A DNA stretch of 64,000 bases from a virus (lineage: Duplodnaviria > Caudoviricetes): positions 1,709-65,708 of IMG/VR virus record IMGVR_UViG_3300028025_002470; one strand, 5' to 3'. Every line of letters begins with the position of its first letter. The first letter of the stretch is position 1. A program made the position numbers and the translations under genes. This document shows, one piece after another, positions 6,654 through 16,228 of this stretch. The notes below the pieces were generated by a model that worked only from the letters and a program-made list of their open reading frames with translations, had not been told where the DNA came from and searched no databases.

Positions 6654-7309
6654 ATAGGTATTATGTATATGCGCATTATAAGTTAGACGGAGATGGTACT
6701 ATCCCGTTTTATATCGGTAAGGGTAGTAGGAAGAGGTGCAAGTCGAAATGCAGAAGTAAGTATTGGACTGATATTGTTTCTAAGCACGGACTATCTGTAG
6801 AAATTCTTAAGGATGGAATGTCAGAGGAAGACGCATTCATCTATGAGATACAGATGATATCATATTATAAATCACTTGGCGGATGCGAGTGTAATTTTAC
6901 TATAGGCGGAGACGGTGTACGTGTTGATAGGAGGTGGTGGAATGACAAGATTTCACAATCTCTCCAAAACATATTTAGGCCATCTGGTCCAGATAGTAAG
7001 TCATACAAAAATGTACTTACTAAGGAGGAGTTGACTCACCTATATGTAGAGAAGGGATTATCATCTGTAGAAATAGCTGAACTAAAAGACCTGTCCCCAC
7101 CAACAGTATGCGCTAGGCTTGTTGACTTTGGGATTCAGACCAGAAAACCATCCAGAAAACCCATACCAGTATACTGCATAAACAATAACAAAAAGTACGA
7201 CAGCTTAATGGACGCAGCTAAGGACTTAGGTGTGCACAGGGAAAATATTAAGAAAGTACTACAAGGCAAATACAGTCAGACAGGAGGTTACAAATTTAAA
7301 TCAATATAA
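6650..7309 (+). CDS. GIY-YIG-type free-standing homing endonuclease with C-terminal NUMOD1-like HTH
   Basis: YYVYAH...FYIGKG..R, conserved E and N, C-terminal YDSLMDAAKDLG...GGYKF. Confidence 0.8.
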   Translation: MNRYYVYAHYKLDGDGTIPFYIGKGSRKRCKSKCRSKYWTDIVSKHGLSVEILKDGMSEEDAFIYEIQMISYYKSLGGCECNFTIGGDGVRVDRRWWNDKISQSLQNIFRPSGPDSKSYKNVLTKEELTHLYVEKGLSSVEIAELKDLSPPTVCARLVDFGIQTRKPSRKPIPVYCINNNKKYDSLMDAAKDLGVHRENIKKVLQGKYSQTGGYKFKSI

Positions 7310-7312
7310 AGT

Positions 7313-7876
7313 ATGAAAAGTTTATTAAAAAAGCTTCACGAGTTCAATTCAAAAGTTAAGCCAGTTGTAAAGGGTTCAGATAACCCGTATTTCAAATCGA
7401 AATTTGCTAGTCTAGATTCTATTCAGCACCACATTGCACCACACCTAAAGGAGTTTGGATTGGTAATAACACAAGCAAGTGTTGTTATTAATGACCATCC
7501 ATATGTAGAGTCTACAGTTTGGGACGTTGATACTGGTGAGTGTATAAAATCGGTATTCCCTGTTGTAGTCAACAAACCGACTGCACAAGATTATGGTAGC
7601 GCTGTTTCTTACGCTAAGCGATACTCTATTACTGGTCTATTAAATCTTATAGTAGCTAACGAGGACGATGACGCCAATACGGTAAGTGTAAACAACCCTA
7701 CAAACGATCTTCCCAAGGACAAGTACGATCTGATGATTAAGTACATCGCCGATGGTAAGATTAAAGAGGTGGAGTCAGCCATTAAGAAGTACACCCTGAC
7801 CGATGTCCAGAGCAAAGAGATCTCTACATTGATTAACAAGGCGAAGTCACAAGCCATAACCAAAGCAGCGAAATGA
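7313..7876 (+). CDS. erf: ERF-family single-strand annealing protein
   Basis: NPYFKSKFASL and GSAVSYAKRYSITGLLNL..EDDDA signature. Confidence 0.9.
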   Translation: MKSLLKKLHEFNSKVKPVVKGSDNPYFKSKFASLDSIQHHIAPHLKEFGLVITQASVVINDHPYVESTVWDVDTGECIKSVFPVVVNKPTAQDYGSAVSYAKRYSITGLLNLIVANEDDDANTVSVNNPTNDLPKDKYDLMIKYIADGKIKEVESAIKKYTLTDVQSKEISTLINKAKSQAITKAAK

Positions 7877-8847
7877 TTAAGTATACCCAAACATCCGAAC
7901 TTTCTGAACCACAATGGCAAGAGCTCCGGCAGTCCTTCGTTAATCGAGGGATGGTCGGTGGCTCTGACGCCGGAACTTTACTTAACCTAAACAAGTATAA
8001 GTCTCCTATCAACCTGTTCTATCAGGCGATTGGTCAGAACAAGCTCCCGAACATTATGAACGGCGCCATGCTTCACGGCAAGCAGCTAGAGGATTACGTA
8101 GCTGGTTGCTGGCAGTACTATGATGGCACAGAAGAAGGCTGGGTGGCTAACACCTTAGCTGACAACAAGATTAAAAGTTACGAGAAGGTCAGAGCTATCA
8201 TTGAGAACACTGAGTATCCTTTTCTTTTCGCCAATGTTGATGGTATTATTACCAAGCACCCAGACAGAGAAGATAAAGGCATCCTAGAGGTTAAGACCAT
8301 GAGTGGTTATGCTGCTGATACTTATGAGGGTGGTATCCCCCCGAGCTACCTCATTCAGCTACAGCACTACATGCTTGTCACCGGTCTTAAGTGGGGCGAG
8401 ATTGTTTACCTTAAGGATGGCAGAGAGTTAGGTTGTGTGACCTTTGATGCAGACATCGAACTTCAAGACAGGATACTGGCTTCAGCTGAGGACTTCTATA
8501 CTAGGGTTAATGAGGCTAGGAAGCACATGGAGAAAGAGCCTGATATGGCTGAGCATATAGCTGCCCAATATGAGCCAGATGCTGACGCTTCAATGGCGTT
8601 CAATGACTTCATATCAGAGAAGCATAAGGCTCGGGAGAATGAGGTTGCTATGCAAGGAGACGAAGAGCATCAGCAGTGGGCAGAGATGTACAAGGCATAC
8701 AGCGATCAGCTCAAGGCAGCAGAGCAGGACAAACAATACTATCAAAACAAACTCAAGCAGGTGATGGAGCGTGAAGGCGCTACAATTATGCACCTGCCAA
8801 ACGGAAAGATAACATGGAGAAAAGCATTCAACCTGAAGCTGTTTTAG
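7873..8847 (+). CDS. YqaJ / lambda-exonuclease-like recombination nuclease
   Basis: GGSDAG, NKYKSP, ANVDG, LEVKT, YLIQLQHYM motifs; adjacent to ERF. Confidence 0.9.
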   Translation: MIKYTQTSELSEPQWQELRQSFVNRGMVGGSDAGTLLNLNKYKSPINLFYQAIGQNKLPNIMNGAMLHGKQLEDYVAGCWQYYDGTEEGWVANTLADNKIKSYEKVRAIIENTEYPFLFANVDGIITKHPDREDKGILEVKTMSGYAADTYEGGIPPSYLIQLQHYMLVTGLKWGEIVYLKDGRELGCVTFDADIELQDRILASAEDFYTRVNEARKHMEKEPDMAEHIAAQYEPDADASMAFNDFISEKHKARENEVAMQGDEEHQQWAEMYKAYSDQLKAAEQDKQYYQNKLKQVMEREGATIMHLPNGKITWRKAFNLKLF

Positions 8848-9041
8848 AAGACCTTAGAAAAACCTTCGCCGTCTGGAGAATGGTAAGAGATAGCAGTCAA
8901 GGCATTGACACTTGGCAGTGGCAGAAGAACATGAGGGAAACAGACAAGGTGGTGTCTCTTGTTATCGACGAGCTAATCAAGGAGGGAAGGGTAGAGTACT
9001 GGGAACAAATTAAAGAGAAATTATATGATACGACTGAGTGA
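8814..9041 (+). CDS. Hypothetical protein
   Basis: Coupled ORF. Confidence 0.6.
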   Translation: MEKSIQPEAVLEDLRKTFAVWRMVRDSSQGIDTWQWQKNMRETDKVVSLVIDELIKEGRVEYWEQIKEKLYDTTE

Positions 9042-9414
9042 TTTACAGAAGGCAATGAAGGGACAATTTATATGGGACCATGCAGGCGTAAGACCAATGC
9101 AGGTGCAGGAGGTTTATGAGGGTAATAAAGAGCTTGCAAGGACCATCTTTGTAGGGCTAGCTGACATGTATGGGTTTAGTTCCGCAGATGTCATGAACCA
9201 CATTGATTGTGGTTATGATTCATATAGGAATAAGATTCAGATATTCAGAGAATACTACAAGGTTGGCAGGCAGCGAGAAGCAGATGGTGCGCTGAGAGAT
9301 TACGATGACGCCATTACTAAGTTCTATGTTAAGACCTGCCTTTGCCTAAACTGTATCACATACAGCCTTAACAGGAATCAGTATATCAAACTGGAAAACT
9401 ATCTGAATGTATGA
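9025..9414 (+). CDS. Hypothetical protein, possible HTH
   Basis: 129-aa coupled ORF. Confidence 0.65.
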   Translation: MIRLSDLQKAMKGQFIWDHAGVRPMQVQEVYEGNKELARTIFVGLADMYGFSSADVMNHIDCGYDSYRNKIQIFREYYKVGRQREADGALRDYDDAITKFYVKTCLCLNCITYSLNRNQYIKLENYLNV

Positions 9415-9992
9415 ATCTAAACGTGGACACAGAGGTGATGGTCAGATTAGGACTGTCACCAACCCAATACTTGGTGGCGCAACTATGCTCTGCCTATTCG
9501 TTCCTGATGAAGGGAACGGGTGTTGGTCGTATCGCTGAGGTCCTCGATGTTGATTCTGGTTCTATCACAAAGGCAATGCGCCATCTTATTGATGTTGGTC
9601 TTCTTGAAAAGAAAGACAATGGATTCTTCTACCCATCACAGAAGTGGTATATAGCACACGATGGCGAAGAGGTAGCTGTTGTATCAGAGGCAGACACGAT
9701 AGGCTCAGAGGTGATAGAATACTTCAATCAAATCAACGGGACTAAGTACCAACTGACCAATGCTGAGTATATTAAGAAGATACTCAAAGCCAATCCTAAA
9801 TTAACCATAAACCATTTCAAGAGTGTGATTGTGCATAAGCATGACACTTGGGGTATTGATGATAAGATGAAAGAGTACAACAGACCTTCGACCCTGTTCT
9901 CATCTAAGTTCCTCAAGTATCTGGACGATGCCAACCACTATTGGATAAACAAACAAAAGAATGATTCAGCAACTGAGATCACTGGGAATTAA
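9411..9992 (+). CDS. Replication initiator-like protein (winged HTH plus conserved phage C-terminal domain)
   Basis: N-terminal RIAEVLDVDSGSITKAMRHL; C-terminal EVIEYFN...RPSTLFSSKFLKYL; directly upstream of the primase-helicase. Confidence 0.7.
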   Translation: MNLNVDTEVMVRLGLSPTQYLVAQLCSAYSFLMKGTGVGRIAEVLDVDSGSITKAMRHLIDVGLLEKKDNGFFYPSQKWYIAHDGEEVAVVSEADTIGSEVIEYFNQINGTKYQLTNAEYIKKILKANPKLTINHFKSVIVHKHDTWGIDDKMKEYNRPSTLFSSKFLKYLDDANHYWINKQKNDSATEITGN

Positions 9993-11697
9993 TGTCAGGG
10001 AAGGTCAGACTGGCAACGTCAAGGTTGCATGCCCACAGTGCTCTCACACTAGGAAGCACAAGACTGACCCATGCTTAAGTGTGGATGTAGACAGGGGCAT
10101 ATGGCAGTGCCATCACTGTTCGTTCAAGGGTACAGTTAAGACCAAAGTATACAAAGAATATGTCAAGCCAGCCGGCGAACTTAGGACATTATCCAAGCCT
10201 GTAATAGACTGGTTCGCATCTAGAGGTATAGACAACCAAACCCTTTTGAGATACAAGATCTCTGAGGGTATAGACTTCATGCCTCAGGTTGGCTCAGAAG
10301 TAAAGACCATACACTTTAATTATATTTACAATGGAGAGATTGTAAACATCAAGTATCGGGATCGTGATAAGAATTTTCGCATGGTTAGCGGTGCTCGTCT
10401 TATACCTTTCGGTATTGATATCCTTCGTGATAATGCTACCGATTATGTTGTTATTACGGAAGGAGAGGTTGATGCTATGTCGTTTTATCAAGCGGGAATT
10501 AAGGGAGTTGTATCGGTTCCTAACGGAGCTTCTAAGGGGTCACAGAAACTCGAGTGGCTCGACGAAACAATCGAAATCTTCGATGGTAAAAGAATACTAC
10601 TAGCATGTGATATGGATGAGGCTGGCATAGCTTTGAGAAACGAGCTTGCCAGAAGGCTGGGTCGGGAGAATTGTGCCATCATAGAGTTCCCACACAAGGA
10701 TGCCAATGAGACGCTCATACAGGGCGGTCCTGAGGCTTTAGTGGAGTGCTTTAACTCAGCCAGCCTATTTCCAATTGAGGGCATAGATGACGCCTATTCG
10801 GTCAAGGGAGACCTGCTCAGACTGTATGAAGATGGTACGCCAAAGGGATTCGATATCGGATTCGAGATGGACTTCATATGGCATCCCGGTCAGGTGACTC
10901 TGGTGACAGGGATACCGGGACATGGTAAGTCTACCTTTGTAAAGAACGTTATCTATAAGCTAGCTGAGATACATGGCTTAACTTCATTTGTATACAGCGC
11001 TGAGGAGGCTAACACAGCTTTCGCCTTAACTGATATGATTCAGATAGCATCAGGTAAGAGCTTCTTCAAACCCACCTATGGTCAACGCATAACCAAGGAA
11101 GAGGTTGAGGAGTATATACCGTTTCTTAATGACCACTTTAAATACTATAGGTTAAGCGACAACGACCTAACCATCGAGGGTATCTTGGAGAAGGCTAAGG
11201 GTATGGTTCGCCGGTTCGGGATTAACATGATGGTGATAGACAACATGAGCACTGTCGAGAAGAGCATGAGTGGACAGTCGGACACTAGGCATCATCAGAT
11301 TAAGAACATGATGAATGACATATCCAAGTTCGCTAGAACAAATGATGTGCATGTAATACTGGTAGCCCACCCTAAGAAGATGACAGAGATAAAGAACGGC
11401 ATCTATAAAGTCCCTAATGGGTATGATGTTGGTGACTCTTCACACTGGTTCAACCTTCCTGACAATGGACTGACAGTCTATAGGAATCTGGAAACAAAAC
11501 AGACAGAGGTACACAGGTGGAAGGTAAGGTTCAGACACTCTGGTCAGCTTGGCGCTTCTTACTTTAACTTTAACATTGGTAACAGCAGGTACTTCCCTGC
11601 AGAAAAAATAAATGATGGCTCGGACAAAACGCACTTCGTCGGTCAACCAACCAGAAAAGAAATCCAAGGGTTCGCGCAACTCGCAGGTGATCTTTAA
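9961..11697 (+). CDS. Bifunctional primase-helicase (T7 gp4/Twinkle-like)
   Basis: CPQC...CHHC Zn finger, TOPRIM ITEGEVD and DMDEAG, Walker A GIPGHGKS, SF4 motifs VIDN and LVAHP. Confidence 0.95.
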   Translation: MIQQLRSLGINVREGQTGNVKVACPQCSHTRKHKTDPCLSVDVDRGIWQCHHCSFKGTVKTKVYKEYVKPAGELRTLSKPVIDWFASRGIDNQTLLRYKISEGIDFMPQVGSEVKTIHFNYIYNGEIVNIKYRDRDKNFRMVSGARLIPFGIDILRDNATDYVVITEGEVDAMSFYQAGIKGVVSVPNGASKGSQKLEWLDETIEIFDGKRILLACDMDEAGIALRNELARRLGRENCAIIEFPHKDANETLIQGGPEALVECFNSASLFPIEGIDDAYSVKGDLLRLYEDGTPKGFDIGFEMDFIWHPGQVTLVTGIPGHGKSTFVKNVIYKLAEIHGLTSFVYSAEEANTAFALTDMIQIASGKSFFKPTYGQRITKEEVEEYIPFLNDHFKYYRLSDNDLTIEGILEKAKGMVRRFGINMMVIDNMSTVEKSMSGQSDTRHHQIKNMMNDISKFARTNDVHVILVAHPKKMTEIKNGIYKVPNGYDVGDSSHWFNLPDNGLTVYRNLETKQTEVHRWKVRFRHSGQLGASYFNFNIGNSRYFPAEKINDGSDKTHFVGQPTRKEIQGFAQLAGDL

Positions 11698-11962
11698 GGC
11701 TACGTGGAGAGCATTCAACAGCGGAGGTAAATGGTTAGAGTTTACAAAGGATAGAGAAGGAGACTTGCTAGAGCCACTGAAGCTTGAGGATATCAAACCT
11801 AATACGCTGTATTATATGCAGCAGGTCTGGAAGCCAAACGAGTTTCATCCAACATACTTTGACCCAGCAGTTAGCTGGGACACCATACAAGAGCTACATA
11901 AAACAGGAAGACTATGGCGATTAATCCCAGAGCAAAAGGACACAAGTACGAGCTGGACATAA
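11612..11962 (+). CDS. Hypothetical protein
   Basis: 116-aa ORF bridging helicase and resolvase; start uncertain. Confidence 0.55.
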   Translation: MMARTKRTSSVNQPEKKSKGSRNSQVIFKATWRAFNSGGKWLEFTKDREGDLLEPLKLEDIKPNTLYYMQQVWKPNEFHPTYFDPAVSWDTIQELHKTGRLWRLIPEQKDTSTSWT

Positions 11963-12255
11963 GAGATTGGTTCATAAAGAAAGGCTGGACCAAGGCAGTA
12001 AGCTCCCGATCTGAAAGTAAAAGAAAGGACGATCAGGGTGTGGACCTGTGCTATACAGACCCACTGTCAATACAATGTAAAGCCGTAGAGAAACTCGGCA
12101 GTGTGCACGACATACTTAACCGTATGCCTAAGGATGAGAACTATAACCTAGTCTTCCACAAGAAGAACAGAAAGGGTACTATTGTATGTATGACCCTCGA
12201 AGACTTTGAAGAAATTTTGGACATGTTGATTCACAATAACATTATTAAGCCATGA
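11914..12255 (+). CDS. Holliday junction resolvase, Hjc-like PD-(D/E)xK
   Basis: NPRAKGHKYEL...GVDL...IQCK. Confidence 0.8.
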   Translation: MAINPRAKGHKYELDIRDWFIKKGWTKAVSSRSESKRKDDQGVDLCYTDPLSIQCKAVEKLGSVHDILNRMPKDENYNLVFHKKNRKGTIVCMTLEDFEEILDMLIHNNIIKP

Positions 12256-12464
12256 AAGAAAACATAAAGAGGGTATTAACAAACCATTCGCAATCATCCG
12301 CAGAGGGGCTATTGATGCTCGTTGGCGGAACGCTAGATCAGTTACATGAAGCACTTGATGAGCTTATTGAAGAGGGTTGGCTAACCACATCAACCACAGA
12401 CTGGATGGATATGAAGGTTACTGTATATAAAAAGAAGAAGCCAAAGCAGGCAAAATTATTTTAA
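12252..12464 (+). CDS. Small winged-helix-like protein
   Basis: LHEALDELIEEGWL pattern. Confidence 0.55.
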   Translation: MKENIKRVLTNHSQSSAEGLLMLVGGTLDQLHEALDELIEEGWLTTSTTDWMDMKVTVYKKKKPKQAKLF

Positions 12465-12504
12465 CAATTACTAATTGATAGGACGTTTGAATATTATTAA
12501 ACCT

Positions 12505-12512
12505 TAACTTTG
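12505..12512 (+). promoter_or_regulatory. Bacteroidota -7 promoter box
   Basis: TAACTTTG matches TAnnTTTG, intergenic, with TTTG upstream. Confidence 0.6.
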
Positions 12513-12516
12513 ACAC

Positions 12517-12660
12517 ATGAAGCTGCTAATTGAATCAGGATCTATTGACGTATTCTTTGTTCTCCCGAGCCCCGTTGTTATTTATCACAAGCAAGAGAAG
12601 AGGCTTGAGATAGGGTTCTACATCTTTTCGTATTTTTTATCTTTAAATATCTCAAAATGA
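12517..12660 (+). CDS. Hypothetical protein, 47 aa, not in ORF track
   Basis: MKLLIESGSIDVFFVLPSP..., ATGA overlap with the next gene. Confidence 0.5.
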   Translation: MKLLIESGSIDVFFVLPSPVVIYHKQEKRLEIGFYIFSYFLSLNISK

Positions 12661-12869
12661 GTACAACAAACCAATCAGCCGGTGGTGCATGGAAGAAGAC
12701 CGTGAACACCAAGAACGGACCAGTCGAGGTCCTTAGCATTTCTATTGGCGACAAGCGTTTTACTGCGTGGCCAAACACATTTAAAAAAGATGGCGAGAAA
12801 ACTCCGGATTACAGACTGCAGGAGGACACCTTCAAGCCAAAGCCAGCCACAACAGATCTTCCATTCTAA
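12657..12869 (+). CDS. Small putative ssDNA-binding protein (DUF736-like)
   Basis: GGAWKK...LSISI...N.FK....PDY and an SSB-like DLPF tail. Confidence 0.7.
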   Translation: MSTTNQSAGGAWKKTVNTKNGPVEVLSISIGDKRFTAWPNTFKKDGEKTPDYRLQEDTFKPKPATTDLPF

Positions 12870-12871
12870 AC

Positions 12872-12898
12872 AAGGGGGCTAGTCCCCCTTCCCTTTTT
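12872..12898 (+). terminator. Intrinsic terminator
   Basis: AAGGGGG-ctagt-CCCCCTT followed by a pyrimidine/T tract. Confidence 0.55.
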
Positions 12899-13453
12899 AT
12901 GATACTATCAGACCAAAGTATAATCAGAGAAATAGAACAGGGTAACATCATCATCGATCCATTCAACAGAGAGTATCTGAATCCTAACAGTATCGACCTT
13001 ACCCTTGCGCCGGAGTTTAAAGTATACACCAAGAAACAGATATCTTGGGGTGTGTATGCGCCATTAGATCCCAAGAAGCCTAACCCAGTACAGACCATTG
13101 AGGTCCCTGTGGAAGGGTATACTCTAATGCCCGGAGAGGTTTACCTGTACGCATGTAACGAAAGGATCGGCGTTCGGGGGAATCTCAGAGGCAAGGTAGA
13201 AGGCAAGTCATCACTAGGTAGGCTTGGACTATTCGTACACATAACTGCGGGTTTTATAGATAACGGATTCGAAGGTAGCCTTGTTCTAGAGTTAGTAGCA
13301 ACTAGACCAATAATCGTTTACCCCAACATGAAGATATGCCAGATCGAGTTCGCCAGAGTAGAAGGTGAGATACTCGAGACATACGACCAGAAGAAGGGTA
13401 GCAAATATCAAAATCAAAAACTTCAAGAAAGCAAATATCATGAGAACTTTTGA
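12899..13453 (+). CDS. dcd: dCTP deaminase
   Basis: MILSD, NPNSIDL, EGKSSLGRLG, TAGFIDNGFEG..VLE, KICQI, KYQNQ. Confidence 0.92.
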   Translation: MILSDQSIIREIEQGNIIIDPFNREYLNPNSIDLTLAPEFKVYTKKQISWGVYAPLDPKKPNPVQTIEVPVEGYTLMPGEVYLYACNERIGVRGNLRGKVEGKSSLGRLGLFVHITAGFIDNGFEGSLVLELVATRPIIVYPNMKICQIEFARVEGEILETYDQKKGSKYQNQKLQESKYHENF

Positions 13454-13718
13454 CGTATACACAAACGTGCACACAGGTGCACCAGCAACAGAGTTAGACT
13501 TTAAGATTACAGAAGAAGATGGCACCTTTACTTGTTTGACAGAAAAGACTTTTAAAGTTGTCAACACTGGAGATTTTTACCAACTCTTCCTGCACGATAG
13601 GATTACACACATTACATATTACGACGCACTCAAGTTGCTCTCTGTGTTACTTATTGACACTAGGTTAGCACAAGACAGTGTTCGCATTACTCAGTCAGAG
13701 GAAATCATCAGCATATGA
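13440..13718 (+). CDS. Hypothetical protein (start ATG 13440)
   Basis: MRTFDVYTNV..., coupled at both ends. Confidence 0.6.
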   Translation: MRTFDVYTNVHTGAPATELDFKITEEDGTFTCLTEKTFKVVNTGDFYQLFLHDRITHITYYDALKLLSVLLIDTRLAQDSVRITQSEEIISI

Positions 13719-14443
13719 TAATAGGAATAAACGGTTATGCCGGCGTAGGTAAGAGTACCGCCGCTGAGTTGATACGTCTTACTCTCCCGAACTGGGAGAT
13801 TAAGATGTTCGCCGGAGCTCTGAAGGCTGTAGCTGCCATCCTAACTGGATACAACTATAGAGACTTTGAAGACCAGAACTTCAAGAAGACTATCCTTGGA
13901 CCGGAGTGGAACTACTGGACTGTAGCTGCTATGAGCAATGGAGAGCTCAAGTTTGAAGAGGGAAGGTTTGTTACCAAGGCTGAAGCAGAAGGCTATGCAG
14001 GGTTCATGAAGGAGACCTACGGCACGTTCGGAATGGAGTATGTAGTGGGAATGAGAATGATCAGCGTTAGGCAGATGCTGCAGGAAGTAGGAACTGAGGG
14101 TATCAGGAATGGATTCCATCCTAACACTTGGGTGAATGCATTGTTTGCTCAGTACAGGCCTACACAAGTTCAATGGTCTGATGGTCCAACAGGTGGTTAT
14201 GAGGATGGTCCTATGCCTAACTGGGTTATCACAGACATGAGGTTTCCTAATGAGGCTCTAGCTGTCAAGGGACGAGGTGGTATCACTATCAGGATCAACA
14301 AGCAAGGTGTTGGCCCAGCAAGGAATCATATCAGTGAGACGGCGTTAGATGACTACGACTTTGACTATGTCATCAATAACGATTCTAGTCTTTCTGCTTT
14401 AGGTAAACAATTAACACGTATAATAAATGAAAGATCAGCTTAA
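13715..14443 (+). CDS. Deoxynucleoside monophosphate kinase
   Basis: IIGINGYAGVGKST, FAGALK, RQMLQEVGTE, ITDMRFPNE, HISE. Confidence 0.92.
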   Translation: MIIGINGYAGVGKSTAAELIRLTLPNWEIKMFAGALKAVAAILTGYNYRDFEDQNFKKTILGPEWNYWTVAAMSNGELKFEEGRFVTKAEAEGYAGFMKETYGTFGMEYVVGMRMISVRQMLQEVGTEGIRNGFHPNTWVNALFAQYRPTQVQWSDGPTGGYEDGPMPNWVITDMRFPNEALAVKGRGGITIRINKQGVGPARNHISETALDDYDFDYVINNDSSLSALGKQLTRIINERSA

Positions 14444-14702
14444 GGAGATATACATATCTCTCTCCCGAGCCATCGAAGATGGTAGGGATATTCAAATCGG
14501 AATTGTATTGGGGCAAGTATTGTGTAAAATAAATGATTTAATAAATGCAGATCAAACTGACGAAGGGACAGATGGAGTCATTCTCCCTACTACATGCGAA
14601 CATAGTCAATGCTTTAATGTACGCGGAGGATCTGCTGTCATACAGAGAAATACACTTCCGGGAATCTATGCCACCAATAGTAACCAAACTACGCTGGCTT
14701 AA
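14427..14702 (+). CDS. Hypothetical protein
   Basis: Coupled start; 3' half overlaps the next ORF. Confidence 0.45.
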   Translation: MKDQLKEIYISLSRAIEDGRDIQIGIVLGQVLCKINDLINADQTDEGTDGVILPTTCEHSQCFNVRGGSAVIQRNTLPGIYATNSNQTTLA

Positions 14703-14856
14703 GAGCGCCTTAGAGTTGAAGATACCCGAAGACAGGAGAGCTATTGCTCAAGGCTTTGACATGCTTAAGTTTGATGAGATGTTAAGACTGATGTCTCACA
14801 TGAATGAAGAGCAATTTAGTAAACTAGAAAAATACGCAAATGAAATTACTGGATAG
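14545..14856 (+). CDS. Hypothetical protein
   Basis: 103-aa ORF. Confidence 0.65.
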   Translation: MQIKLTKGQMESFSLLHANIVNALMYAEDLLSYREIHFRESMPPIVTKLRWLKSALELKIPEDRRAIAQGFDMLKFDEMLRLMSHMNEEQFSKLEKYANEITG

Positions 14857-14938
14857 TATCCTATAGAGATACGGCATATAGCACTAGCGCGCCTAATTAG
14901 TATCAATAATTTTGTGTATATTTGAGCGAATTATACTC

Positions 14939-15385
14939 ATGAATGAAAAGCTAATTAGGTGCTCAAAGTGCCACGTGGAAAAAAGTATATTAGAATTCTT
15001 CAAGGATAAACAGAAGAAATCGGGGCACAGGCCTGATTGCAAGTCCTGTAATACCGCTAGAAGCAAGAAGTGGGCGAATGAAAATAGCCATAGGCGAAAA
15101 TTTTATGTACTTAAATACGCTACAGGGTTAACAAAAAACCAATACGAAAGGCTATTGTGTTTGCAGGATAATAAGTGTCATATATGCAAAAGAGATTTAT
15201 CACAATTGACTAAAAACTTATCTGTAGATCACTGTCATTCTACCATGATTGTTAGAGGACTATTGTGCAATAAATGCAATTTCGGTCTAGGGTATTTTAA
15301 TGATGATATAAGTTTATTAAAAAGAGCAATATCGTATCTAAAATCAAATTTGTCAACAGAGAATATAAAATATAAGAAACAATGA
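14939..15385 (+). CDS. Endonuclease VII-family homing endonuclease
   Basis: CHIC...LSVDHCH...VRGLLCNKCN; AT-rich; ATG 14939 preferred to TTG 14912. Confidence 0.88.
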   Translation: MNEKLIRCSKCHVEKSILEFFKDKQKKSGHRPDCKSCNTARSKKWANENSHRRKFYVLKYATGLTKNQYERLLCLQDNKCHICKRDLSQLTKNLSVDHCHSTMIVRGLLCNKCNFGLGYFNDDISLLKRAISYLKSNLSTENIKYKKQ

Positions 15386-16089
15386 GTATAAAGCTGCTTC
15401 ACATCAGTGACACGCATGGGTATCACAAAGAATTTCCCATGGAGAAGTTCATAGGGTATGACATGATCATACATTCAGGTGACTGCTCTAACTACAGAGA
15501 CACAGCACGTAACTACCATGAGGTTGCGGACTTTATAGAATGGTTCGCCATGATTCCTATCGAGCATAAGATCTATGTGGCTGGTAACCATGACACTTCC
15601 ATTGAGAGGCGCCAGATTACGACAAGACATTTTGAAGATCGTGCTATCATATATCTGGAGCACGACTCTGTAGAGATTGAAGGCTACAAGATATTCGGTT
15701 CGCCTTACACGCCGACATTCTGTGACTGGTCCTTTATGAAGTCAAGAGACAAGATGCATAGGCTATGGGAATCTGTGCCACCTGTAGATATACTGGTAAC
15801 ACACGGACCACCCAAGGGTGTAAGAGACCTTACTGAGAACAGGGATGGCGAATACGAGCAGGTCGGGGATCTATCTCTGATGAAGTGGATATTTAAGAAC
15901 CCTCCTAAGCTTCATCTGTTTGGTCACATCCACGATATGGATGGCATACACAACCAAGGCGTCAGTATATACTCTAAATGCCCTACACATTTTTCTAATG
16001 GCAGCTGCGTCCACGACGGCAAGGCTGGATTAAAATCTTTCGGAAATGGATTTACGTTGCAACTATCAACAGTGCCCGATCAAGTGTGA
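15382..16089 (+). CDS. Calcineurin-like metallophosphoesterase
   Basis: SDTHG, HSGD, GNHD, THGPP, FGHIH. Confidence 0.93.
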   Translation: MSIKLLHISDTHGYHKEFPMEKFIGYDMIIHSGDCSNYRDTARNYHEVADFIEWFAMIPIEHKIYVAGNHDTSIERRQITTRHFEDRAIIYLEHDSVEIEGYKIFGSPYTPTFCDWSFMKSRDKMHRLWESVPPVDILVTHGPPKGVRDLTENRDGEYEQVGDLSLMKWIFKNPPKLHLFGHIHDMDGIHNQGVSIYSKCPTHFSNGSCVHDGKAGLKSFGNGFTLQLSTVPDQV

Positions 16090-16228
16090 TCTGTATGACG
16101 AGACTAGGCTGCATTATAACTACATCATCGGTGCTCCTTATACGGAGTCCGATGGTTGTAAGTATGCTACCTATAGTCAAACAAAGTTGGAAACTGCTGC
16201 TGCTTCGGACCCGGAGCAGGACCAGTAG
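16046..16228 (+). CDS. Small Cys-rich hypothetical protein, last gene of the + arm
   Basis: CNYQQCPIKC; overlaps the convergent gene end. Confidence 0.45.
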   Translation: MDLRCNYQQCPIKCDLYDETRLHYNYIIGAPYTESDGCKYATYSQTKLETAAASDPEQDQ

